A DNA stretch of 42,531 nt from an uncultured Desulfobacterales bacterium (GTDB lineage: Bacteria > Desulfobacterota > Desulfobacteria > Desulfobacterales > C00003060), in NCBI GenBank assembly GCA_964532395.1, contig CAZHHS010000001.1, positions 1 to 42,531 on the forward strand. Reading direction: 5' to 3'. Shown piece after piece: positions 34,982 through 42,525 of the stretch (position 1 is its first letter; each line of letters starts with the position of its first letter). Under the pieces are notes generated by a model, which was not told where the DNA came from, ran no database searches, and was given only the letters and a program-made list of their open reading frames with translations. Made by a program: the position numbers and the translations under genes.

Positions 34982-35353
34982 ATGACATCAAAGATGGAAC
35001 TGTTGTTTATTTACGGCCTAGCGGCCATCTTGCTCATTATCGGCGTTGTGTGTTACGCATCGTTTTCCCAGGAAGTTCCCGATGAACCGGTAAGGCTGGT
35101 ATTTGACACAAGTGCCGGTAAGGTTCTGTTTGATCATCAAACCCATTCGTCCGCGGACGGTTACGGCTTTTACTGCGAAGATTGTCATCACTACGAGCAA
35201 GATGACGGCGGGATGGGGTGTGACGGACCTTACTGCCACGGTGCGGACACGGAGCCCACCCGATCGGACGCCTTCCATGCCAATTGCCAGGGCTGTCATG
35301 AAGAAAGCGGGGCCGGTCCGGTTGAATGCGGTACGTGCCACTTGCAGTATTAA
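34982..35353 (+). CDS. membrane-anchored tetrahaem cytochrome c (c3/class III-like)
   Basis: 123 aa with an N-terminal hydrophobic anchor LLFIYGLAAILLIIGVVCYA. Four haem motifs: CEDCH, CDGPYCH (Cx4CH), CQGCH and CGTCH. The soluble part has exactly 8 His, enough for four bis-His haems. Confidence 0.8.
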   Translation: MTSKMELLFIYGLAAILLIIGVVCYASFSQEVPDEPVRLVFDTSAGKVLFDHQTHSSADGYGFYCEDCHHYEQDDGGMGCDGPYCHGADTEPTRSDAFHANCQGCHEESGAGPVECGTCHLQY

Positions 35354-35387
35354 GGCCAACAGGGATACCAACACAGGGGATCGTATT

Positions 35388-36680
35388 ATGATAAAAAGAC
35401 CGTTTCTGGGAATTGTGAAGCCGAAACTGAATTACAACGTGGTTCCGGATGAAGTTCAAGAGCTTAAAGTGCCAAAGGATGTGACCCTGCTGTTAAGAGA
35501 CGACAATCCCGGAGCGGGCGGGGATCTCGAGGTCGGGGCCAAGGTGAAAACCGGCCAGCGATTGAGTAAGTCCGCCGAAAGCTCAACCTATGTCATTTCT
35601 TCCGTAACCGGGACCATCTCCAATCTATTTCCCTATGTTGGCTCTTTCGGGGAAGTTTATCCTTACGGAGGCATATTTGAACAATCGTATACCGCCATAA
35701 CCATCGCTGCCGACGAAAAAGACGTATGGGACGATGAATATACGGGGGACGCCTCCCTGGACACCGCGCTTCGCTTCTTTGAATATCTACCGGGCAATCC
35801 TTCTTTCCGCGCCTTTGCCGATCCGAACACCGCCATACGGATGATCATCATATGCGGCCAGGACCAAGATTTGCTTTTGACCGCCAATCAGGCCGTCATT
35901 CAAAACGAGCTTGACGCCATCAAGACAGGTGTTAAAGCGCTCAAGGACATGACGGGCGTGGATCGAATTTTACTCACTGTTCCCGAGGGCATGGTGCAAC
36001 AAGCGATTTCGACCGGTGCGGAGGCGAAGGCCTTGAGCGCCGAATATCCGTCCGGCCTGCCACACATGATTATGAAAGACGTTGTGGGAACCGTAATACC
36101 GGAAGGTCACACACCGGCGGAGGCCGGGGCGTTCTTTATCAGTGCGGAAGCAGTTGCGGCCTTGGGGGCCTCTGTGGACACGGGCCGACTCTGCGTTACT
36201 AAGATGGTCAGCGTAGTTAGAAAAGGGGGAAAGGCCACCAACCTGAAAGTCAGAATCGGCACTCCGTTACGAGTGCTGCTTGGGGCCTGTGGTATTACCG
36301 TCAAAGATCGCGACCGGATGATCTTGGGTGGTCCGATGAGAGGGGTAGCTACCTACTCGGACGAACTGCCCATAGAACCCCAAACAGACGGCCTTGTGGT
36401 GCAAGATCAGCAGGAAAGCCCCTTGTTGGCGGATCATCCCTGCATCAACTGTGGTGAGTGCATTAAGATCTGTCCGGTTAAGATACCGGTAAACATGCTC
36501 ATTCGCTTTTTGGAAGCAAGCCTTTATGAAGATGCCAGAGATATGTATGAATTGGCATGTTGTATCGAGTGTGGCTTGTGTGCATATGTGTGTCCGTCCA
36601 GGATTCCAATTTTTCAGTATATTCAGCTGGCAAAGCGCGAACTGGACCTACGGGAAGCCGCGGAGGCAGAAAATGAATAG
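35388..36680 (+). CDS. rnfC: RnfC-like subunit with degenerate nucleotide/FMN-binding motifs
   Basis: 430 aa from ATG 35388. RnfC-type C-terminus with two [4Fe-4S] motifs (CINCGECIKICP, CIECGLCAYVCP) and ILGGPMRG. No GGAGFP-type loop is present. The upstream part of the long ORF overlaps the cytochrome gene and was trimmed. Confidence 0.7.
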   Translation: MIKRPFLGIVKPKLNYNVVPDEVQELKVPKDVTLLLRDDNPGAGGDLEVGAKVKTGQRLSKSAESSTYVISSVTGTISNLFPYVGSFGEVYPYGGIFEQSYTAITIAADEKDVWDDEYTGDASLDTALRFFEYLPGNPSFRAFADPNTAIRMIIICGQDQDLLLTANQAVIQNELDAIKTGVKALKDMTGVDRILLTVPEGMVQQAISTGAEAKALSAEYPSGLPHMIMKDVVGTVIPEGHTPAEAGAFFISAEAVAALGASVDTGRLCVTKMVSVVRKGGKATNLKVRIGTPLRVLLGACGITVKDRDRMILGGPMRGVATYSDELPIEPQTDGLVVQDQQESPLLADHPCINCGECIKICPVKIPVNMLIRFLEASLYEDARDMYELACCIECGLCAYVCPSRIPIFQYIQLAKRELDLREAAEAENE

Positions 36681-37650
36681 GGACTTGAGTGGTGAAAAGC
36701 TGGTTGTTTCTTATGCCCCCTACTGGCATGACGGCAGAACGGTTTCATCCAGGCACCGGCAGATGATGCTTGCTGCCCTTCCTGCAGTAATCATGGGAAT
36801 CAGCCAATATGGCAGTCCGGCGCTGGGTATGATCTCCCTGGCGACGGCGTCGGCCGTCATTTGGGAATTTATCATGAATTTGATGCTCGGCAAGCGTGTT
36901 TCCATCGGTGACGGAAGCGCGGCGGTAACCGGCCTCTTGTTGGGCATGCTGTTGCCTGCGACCGCGCCTTGGTGGATTGTCATTTTGGGCACATTCTTGG
37001 CGATCATCGTAGGCAAACAAATATTCGGCGGCCTCGGCCTCAACCCCTTAAATCCCCCCTTGCTTGCCTTGGCCATGCTGGTCATTTCGTTCGGAAGTAT
37101 CTTTGACTTCAATATGGCCCTACGTAATTACGAATTGGGGTTTGCCATGACCTATCCCCTTGCCGACTTGAAGGCCCTGGGAACGGCGGGCATAGCTCAT
37201 TTTAGTGTGGGTGACTTGTTTATGGGCAAGCAGATCGGCGGGGTCGGGTCCACTTTCGGGCTGGGACTGGTGATCGGAGGCATATACCTGATCCTGAGAG
37301 GGTACGTACGGTGGGAACTCTCCCTCTCTTTCTTGGCGGGTGTCTTCATCACGGCTTGGCTGTTTAATCTGTCCGATTCCACTGCGTACGCCGGTCCCCT
37401 GTTCCACTTATTTACCGGTTATACGTTGATCGCCGCATTTTTCCTGGTTCCGGAGGATTCCTCATCTCCGGTCAACTTTATTCCCATGCTGATATTCGGT
37501 GCCTTGGCCGGCGTCATGACCGTGTTGATTCGGAATGTGGGGGCCTACGTGGACGGCGTTCCCTTTTCGATCCTATTGCTGAATCTTGCCAACCCCCTAC
37601 TCGACAAAATTAGACCGAAAGCGGTTGGAAAGGTGGTTGAAAATGCGTGA
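36673..37650 (+). CDS. rnfD: RnfD (NqrB-like) membrane subunit
   Basis: 325 aa from ATG 36673, overlapping the rnfC stop. Polytopic. Blocks GDGSAAVTGLLLGMLLP, KQIFGGLGLNPLNPPL and TGYTLIAAFFLVPEDSSSP are typical of RnfD/NqrB. Confidence 0.8.
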   Translation: MNRDLSGEKLVVSYAPYWHDGRTVSSRHRQMMLAALPAVIMGISQYGSPALGMISLATASAVIWEFIMNLMLGKRVSIGDGSAAVTGLLLGMLLPATAPWWIVILGTFLAIIVGKQIFGGLGLNPLNPPLLALAMLVISFGSIFDFNMALRNYELGFAMTYPLADLKALGTAGIAHFSVGDLFMGKQIGGVGSTFGLGLVIGGIYLILRGYVRWELSLSFLAGVFITAWLFNLSDSTAYAGPLFHLFTGYTLIAAFFLVPEDSSSPVNFIPMLIFGALAGVMTVLIRNVGAYVDGVPFSILLLNLANPLLDKIRPKAVGKVVENA

Positions 37651-38224
37651 TATCATCCGGATGATCGTGGTTCTCGGCCTCCTGGCCGCATGTTCCGGCG
37701 CGTTGCTGGCGGCCGTTAAGTCCGGGACGGCGAAACAGATTGAGGTCCAGCAGCTTAAATTTGTAAAGGGGCCGGCCATAAAAGCGATTTTGGAAGGTGC
37801 AGCCAACGATCCCATTCAGGATCGATTCAAGCTCATGGACGGGGATACGGAACGGACGTTTTTTGTGGGCAAGTTTGAAAACAAACCGACGGCTATTGCT
37901 TACGAGACCTTTGGAAAGGGGTATGGTGGTGATATCGGCATCATGGTCGGGGTGGATCTCAAAACCGACCAACTCGTAGGGATAGGCATTACCACTCACT
38001 CTGAAACGCCCGGCTTGGGCGCCAGAGCCAAAACCGACCAGGAGTTCAAAAACAGTTTCCAGGGGCTTTCCTTAAAAGACCCTATCAAGGTTGATGATGT
38101 GGACGCCGTTTCCGGAGCAACCATTACGTCTAAAGGTGTGTGTACGGGGATTAACAACAGCGCCGATTTCTACGAACGATTGAAACCGAAAATTGTTGAA
38201 AAGGCGAAGTCCGTTACCGACTAG
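37643..38224 (+). CDS. rnfG: RnfG (NqrC-like) FMN-binding subunit
   Basis: 193 aa from ATG 37643, overlapping the rnfD stop. It has an N-terminal anchor. ETPGLGAR and the flavinylation motif DAVSGATITS (Dxx(S/T)GAT) are present. Confidence 0.85.
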   Translation: MRDIIRMIVVLGLLAACSGALLAAVKSGTAKQIEVQQLKFVKGPAIKAILEGAANDPIQDRFKLMDGDTERTFFVGKFENKPTAIAYETFGKGYGGDIGIMVGVDLKTDQLVGIGITTHSETPGLGARAKTDQEFKNSFQGLSLKDPIKVDDVDAVSGATITSKGVCTGINNSADFYERLKPKIVEKAKSVTD

Positions 38225-38235
38225 GGGGAGAAATA

Positions 38236-38850
38236 ATGGCCAAGACGATTGTTCAAGAATTCACCAAGGGGTTGTGGGAAGAGATCCCACCCTTCCGGCT
38301 GGTGTTGGGCCTGTGTCCGATTTTGGCGGTAACCAAATCCGTGGCAAATGGATTCGGCATGGGGGTGGCCGCCACCTTCGTACTGTTGTGTTCCAACGTT
38401 CTAGTCTCCGTGCTGCGATCCATAATCCCGGTTAAGGTTCGGGTGCCCTGTTTCATCATTATTATCGCTACCTTTGTTGTTGTGGTGGAGCTGGTGATGC
38501 AGGCGGTCGCTTATCCTTTGTTTCTGCAGCTGGGCATTTTCATACCGCTCATTGTGGTAAACTGTGTCATTTTGGGGCGCGCTGAAGCCTTTGCCTTCAA
38601 GAACCGTGTGACCTATGCGGCCGCAGACGGGCTGGGCATCGGTCTCGGGTTTACCCTTTCGCTGACCGCGGTTGGTGCCGTTCGCGAAATCCTGGGCAAT
38701 GGAACGGTTTCCATTCCTTTTACAGACCAAGTGATTCCGCTTTTCGGGCCCGCTTTTCAGCCCTTTACATTTATGGTGGAGGCGCCCGGGGCTTTTGTCT
38801 GTTTGGGCCTGATGCTGGGGTTGATGGACCTGGTGGGGAGTAAGGGATAG
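38236..38850 (+). CDS. rnfE: RnfE (NqrD-like) membrane subunit
   Basis: 204 aa. LVLGLCPILAVT and GIFIPLIVVNCVILGRAEAFA are hallmark RnfE/NqrD blocks. Confidence 0.85.
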   Translation: MAKTIVQEFTKGLWEEIPPFRLVLGLCPILAVTKSVANGFGMGVAATFVLLCSNVLVSVLRSIIPVKVRVPCFIIIIATFVVVVELVMQAVAYPLFLQLGIFIPLIVVNCVILGRAEAFAFKNRVTYAAADGLGIGLGFTLSLTAVGAVREILGNGTVSIPFTDQVIPLFGPAFQPFTFMVEAPGAFVCLGLMLGLMDLVGSKG

Positions 38851-38932
38851 ACACGAGTGAGCCAATTTGGTGATAAAAGGGTTTCTGGTTAGCCGTCCTT
38901 CTGAAAAACGGAGGCGATGAAGGAGTCATCTG

Positions 38933-39580
38933 ATGGGAGATTACATATTGCTGGCCATAAGCGCCATCCTGGTGAACAACATCTTGTTGATTCAGTATTT
39001 GGGCAATTGCCCCTTTCTGGGAACCTCCAAAAAGATGGAAACGGCCACAGGTATGGCTATGGCGGTGGTCTTCGTGCTGGCCATGGCCGGCATCGTTACA
39101 TGGATTTTGGAGATGGTGTTCCTTAAGCCGCTGGGTCTGGAATATATTCGAACGATCGTGTTTATCCTGGTTATCGCTTCGTTGGTCCAATTCGTGGAGT
39201 TGTTCCTCAAAAAGACCATACCGGCGTTGTATGCCGGTCTCGGGATTTTCCTGCCTCTTATTACGACCAACTGTGCGGTCATGGGGGTATGTTTGATCAA
39301 TGTCAAGGAGGAGTATAATTTTCTCGAGATGCTGGTTTCTTCTTTGTCCTATCCTGCCGGTTTTGGTTTGGCCCTTATTCTTTTCGCCGGCCTCCGGGAG
39401 CGCATCAATGTGGGACGGGTGACGGCCCGAAAAAGGACCGGCGTTGCCTTGATCGACAAAAGGATGCGTGACCGGGTGACCATCGGGCGGGTGCCGGGGC
39501 CCTTACAAGATGTGGCCATTGCATTGGTGACGGCGGGATTCATGTCGCTGGCCTTTCTGGGATTCAAGGGAATGATTTAG
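38933..39580 (+). CDS. rnfA: RnfA (NqrE-like) membrane subunit with basic loop insertion
   Basis: 215 aa. YLGNCPFLGTSKK and GIFLPLITTNCAVMG are hallmark RnfA blocks. About 22 extra residues sit between RER and the VPGP...ALVTAGFMSLAF end. Confidence 0.85.
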   Translation: MGDYILLAISAILVNNILLIQYLGNCPFLGTSKKMETATGMAMAVVFVLAMAGIVTWILEMVFLKPLGLEYIRTIVFILVIASLVQFVELFLKKTIPALYAGLGIFLPLITTNCAVMGVCLINVKEEYNFLEMLVSSLSYPAGFGLALILFAGLRERINVGRVTARKRTGVALIDKRMRDRVTIGRVPGPLQDVAIALVTAGFMSLAFLGFKGMI

Positions 39581-39587
39581 GAGATAG

Positions 39588-41681
39588 ATGATGATAGAAG
39601 CCTTGCTTGTCATGTTGGGATTGGGGGCTGTTTCGGGAACCCTTCTGGGGATTGCCTCAAAGGTGTTTTACGTTTGGGAAGATCCGCGGATTGCCGAAGT
39701 CGAGGACTGTCTGGCCGGTGCCAATTGCGGGGGGTGTGGATATACCGGGTGCAGCGCTTGTGCCGCCGCTATTGTGTCCGGGGAAGCCCCGGTGAGCGCT
39801 TGCATCGTCGGCGGAACCGGTTCCGCAACCCGCGTGGCCGCGGTCATGGGCATGGAAGTGGGGGCTGCCGAACCGTTGACGTCTGAAAATACCTGCACGG
39901 GCGGGTTCCGGGCACCGGAAAAGTACTATTATATGGGCATCAGTGATTGTCGCGCCGCCGCCCAACTCTACGGGGGCGCCAAGGCGTGTACCGTCGGGTG
40001 TCTGGGATACGGTACGTGTGTCAAGGCATGTCTGTTCGACGCTTTGGAGATGGGCCCGGACAACGTCCCGGTGGTGAAGGTTGAAAATTGTGTCGGTTGC
40101 GGCGCTTGCCAGTCCGTATGTCCCAAAGGGATCATGAAAGTAAGGACGCCCTCTCAGCGGGTCTTGCGATTTCACGAGCGAACGGATCGGTTGGCGCCCT
40201 GTCGGCAGACCTGTCCTGCCGAAATCAATATTCCGCAGTATATCGACCATATTAAACATGAAGAATATGATCAGGCCTATCTGACGATTATGGAACGAAA
40301 TCCCATGCCCCTTTCCATCGGTCGGGTTTGCCCGCATCCCTGTGAGGATGCATGCCGCCGGGCGGTGGGTGGCGACGATCCCGTTTCCATTAACCAGCTG
40401 AAACGGTTTTGTTCCGACTGGGTCTTTGATAACAATGCGCCCGTTAATATTCCGGTGGCACCGGATACGGGATTCAAGGTGGCCATTGTCGGGGGCGGCC
40501 CCAGTGGTTTGAGTGCGGCATTTTTCTTAAGGCGGTTGGGTCACCAAGTGAAGATCTATGAGTGGATGCCGGAGCTCGGGGGCATGATTTACTATGGGAT
40601 TCCGGAATATCGCCTGCCCAAAAAGATCCTGGGTCAGGATGTGCAACGGATCCTCGACCTGGGGGTTCAAGTCAAAACGGGGGTAAAGTTCGGCGTGGAC
40701 TTCGATTTGGAATCCTTGGTGGGCGGCGGGTATGATGCCGTGCTTACATCTATCGGTGCATGGAATCACGCTTCGGCACGCATTCCCGACGAAGACAAAG
40801 TCAAAGGGGTTATTCCGGCGACGATCTTTTTGCGACGCCAAGGGCTGGGGGAGGCCAATCCGATCGGCAAGCGGGTCGGTGTCATCGGGGGCGGCAATGT
40901 GGCCATGGACGCCCTGCGGACCAGCGTGCGCTTGGGGGCCGAAAAAGTCTACTGCCTCTACCGAAGAGAGATCAAGGACATGCCGGCGAACCAGGTGGAA
41001 ATCGAGGCGTGTAAACATGAAGGCATCGAATTCATTACGCTGTGTACACCGACCAAGTTCGTCACGGACGACGACGGGAACCTGACCGGTATCGAGTATC
41101 TGAAAAACGAACTCGGGGAACCCGACGCCAGCGGGCGGCAAAAACCGGTGCCTGTCGAAGGGTCGGAAACGGTGCTTCCTCTGGACAACTTTATCTTGGC
41201 GATCGGTCAGGTAACGGATTCATCGTTTGTCAATGAGGAAGGCGCCGCTGTGGCCAGACTTTCAACAAAGAAAGGGGCCATTGTCTGTGACTCGGATACG
41301 CAGCAAACCGATATTCCGTATGTCTTTTCAAGCGGGGACTCCGCCGGACCGCCGGGACTTCTGGTCGCGGCCATCGGGGCGGGGAGGCGGGCCGCCCGGG
41401 GAATCCACAAGTATCTCATGGGCGAGGAAATGGCCTTCCCCGAGACCAGGCTTCGAGTCGATCCGGGGCGGATGACCGGGCATATCCCCGGGACCATATT
41501 CGAACATGTGGAAGGTGTTCAGAAGAAGGGCCGTATCGGCCAACCGGAACTGGAACCGGGTTCATATGAACGACAGCATACGTTTGCCGAGGTGGATTTA
41601 ACCATCAGTGAAGCAGATGCCTTAAAAGAGGCAAATCGGTGTATGCGGTGCTGTTTGACCTGTTACGACCGTGACATATAA
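39588..41681 (+). CDS. rnfB: RnfB fused to GltD/NfnB-like FAD-NAD(P)H oxidoreductase
   Basis: 697 aa with AGGAG RBS. The N-terminal part has a TM anchor, the RnfB Fe-S motif CGGCGYTGC, and ferredoxin motifs CTVGCLGYGTCVKACLFDAL and CVGCGACQSVCP. From about aa 200 it reads CRQTCPAEINIPQY...CPHPCEDAC, VAIVGGGPSGLSAA and VGVIGGGNVAMD. Confidence 0.8.
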   Translation: MMIEALLVMLGLGAVSGTLLGIASKVFYVWEDPRIAEVEDCLAGANCGGCGYTGCSACAAAIVSGEAPVSACIVGGTGSATRVAAVMGMEVGAAEPLTSENTCTGGFRAPEKYYYMGISDCRAAAQLYGGAKACTVGCLGYGTCVKACLFDALEMGPDNVPVVKVENCVGCGACQSVCPKGIMKVRTPSQRVLRFHERTDRLAPCRQTCPAEINIPQYIDHIKHEEYDQAYLTIMERNPMPLSIGRVCPHPCEDACRRAVGGDDPVSINQLKRFCSDWVFDNNAPVNIPVAPDTGFKVAIVGGGPSGLSAAFFLRRLGHQVKIYEWMPELGGMIYYGIPEYRLPKKILGQDVQRILDLGVQVKTGVKFGVDFDLESLVGGGYDAVLTSIGAWNHASARIPDEDKVKGVIPATIFLRRQGLGEANPIGKRVGVIGGGNVAMDALRTSVRLGAEKVYCLYRREIKDMPANQVEIEACKHEGIEFITLCTPTKFVTDDDGNLTGIEYLKNELGEPDASGRQKPVPVEGSETVLPLDNFILAIGQVTDSSFVNEEGAAVARLSTKKGAIVCDSDTQQTDIPYVFSSGDSAGPPGLLVAAIGAGRRAARGIHKYLMGEEMAFPETRLRVDPGRMTGHIPGTIFEHVEGVQKKGRIGQPELEPGSYERQHTFAEVDLTISEADALKEANRCMRCCLTCYDRDI

Positions 41682-41796
41682 ATAGGTGGATTATTACATT
41701 GGGGGATTGGCTTCACGGTGTTGAGACCGGGGTTAATCCCCCGAATTGTGTGGGGACGTTGAACCGAAACTCAGAGCGAAGGCGGGTATATATCCA

Positions 41797-42339
41797 ATGA
41801 ATGAGGCAAATGGAACGATCCCGGATAACCCCCCGAGCGATACTCAGGAAACCGACGCAGGCGGCGTGGTCATCCTGGGTATCGGGAACCTACTCTTGTC
41901 GGATGAGGGTATCGGGGTTCACGTGGCCAACCGATTGCTGGAGATGGATCTTCCTCCGGGCGTGCGGGTCATCGAAGGCGGAACCGACGGCTTTCGATTA
42001 ATGAATGTCGTGACAGGGGCTGACCGGGTGGTGGTGGTCGATGCTGTCAAAGGGGGGGGAGAGCCGGGGTCCATATATCGGTTTAACATTGAGGACGCCC
42101 CGTCATCACCGGACACCTTCAAGACCTCGGTTCACCAGATCGGTATACTTGAAGTGATTCACTTTTCGGAATTTCTGGGCAAAACGCCTGAGGCCACCGT
42201 CATCGGTGTGGAACCCAAGTCGATCGAGATGTCCATGGAGCTTTCGCCGGAGATTCAGGAGAAGGTGCCACGGGTCATCGAGTTGGTCCTTGAAGAAGTC
42301 AACAAGTATCTGTCCGAAACAGGCAAGTCCGCGTCTTAG
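41797..42339 (+). CDS. hydrogenase maturation endopeptidase family protein (HyaD/HybD/HoxM-like)
   Basis: 180 aa from ATG 41797. VVILGIGNLLLSDEGIGVHV, VVVVDAV and SVHQIG match the Glu/Asp-Asp-His metal-ligand blocks of this family. Confidence 0.7.
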   Translation: MNEANGTIPDNPPSDTQETDAGGVVILGIGNLLLSDEGIGVHVANRLLEMDLPPGVRVIEGGTDGFRLMNVVTGADRVVVVDAVKGGGEPGSIYRFNIEDAPSSPDTFKTSVHQIGILEVIHFSEFLGKTPEATVIGVEPKSIEMSMELSPEIQEKVPRVIELVLEEVNKYLSETGKSAS

Positions 42340-42487
42340 GGCTCCCGCAAAAATAATTTCACAGAATCGGCGCTCAGATTTGGTTCCGAAGAACTGCTGT
42401 CAAAAACGCTTCCAACGAACTTGACTTGTCTTTTTTGAGAAGGTCGTGCGCTGGGGCCGCTTCAAATTTCAAGGCGCCTAAAACTCG

Positions 42488-42525
42488 GCCCCAAGAGACC
42501 CTAAATTCCGTTGGGGCTGTCTTTT
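42488..42525 (+). terminator. possible intrinsic terminator
   Basis: GCCCCAA-N16-TTGGGGC followed by tgtctttt. The loop is long, so this is weak. Confidence 0.25.

Noticed and set aside
35103-35387. 95-aa upstream extension of the rnfC ORF
   Set aside because: It overlaps the cytochrome c gene in a different frame and has no RnfC-like sequence. ATG 35388 (MIKRPFLG...) begins the RnfC_N-like region just after the cytochrome stop.
41701-41742. GGGGGATT-N26-AATCCCCC inverted repeat after rnfB as an intrinsic terminator
   Set aside because: The loop is long (26 nt) and no U-tract follows, so it is not convincing as a terminator. It may be an RNA structure between rnfB and the protease gene.
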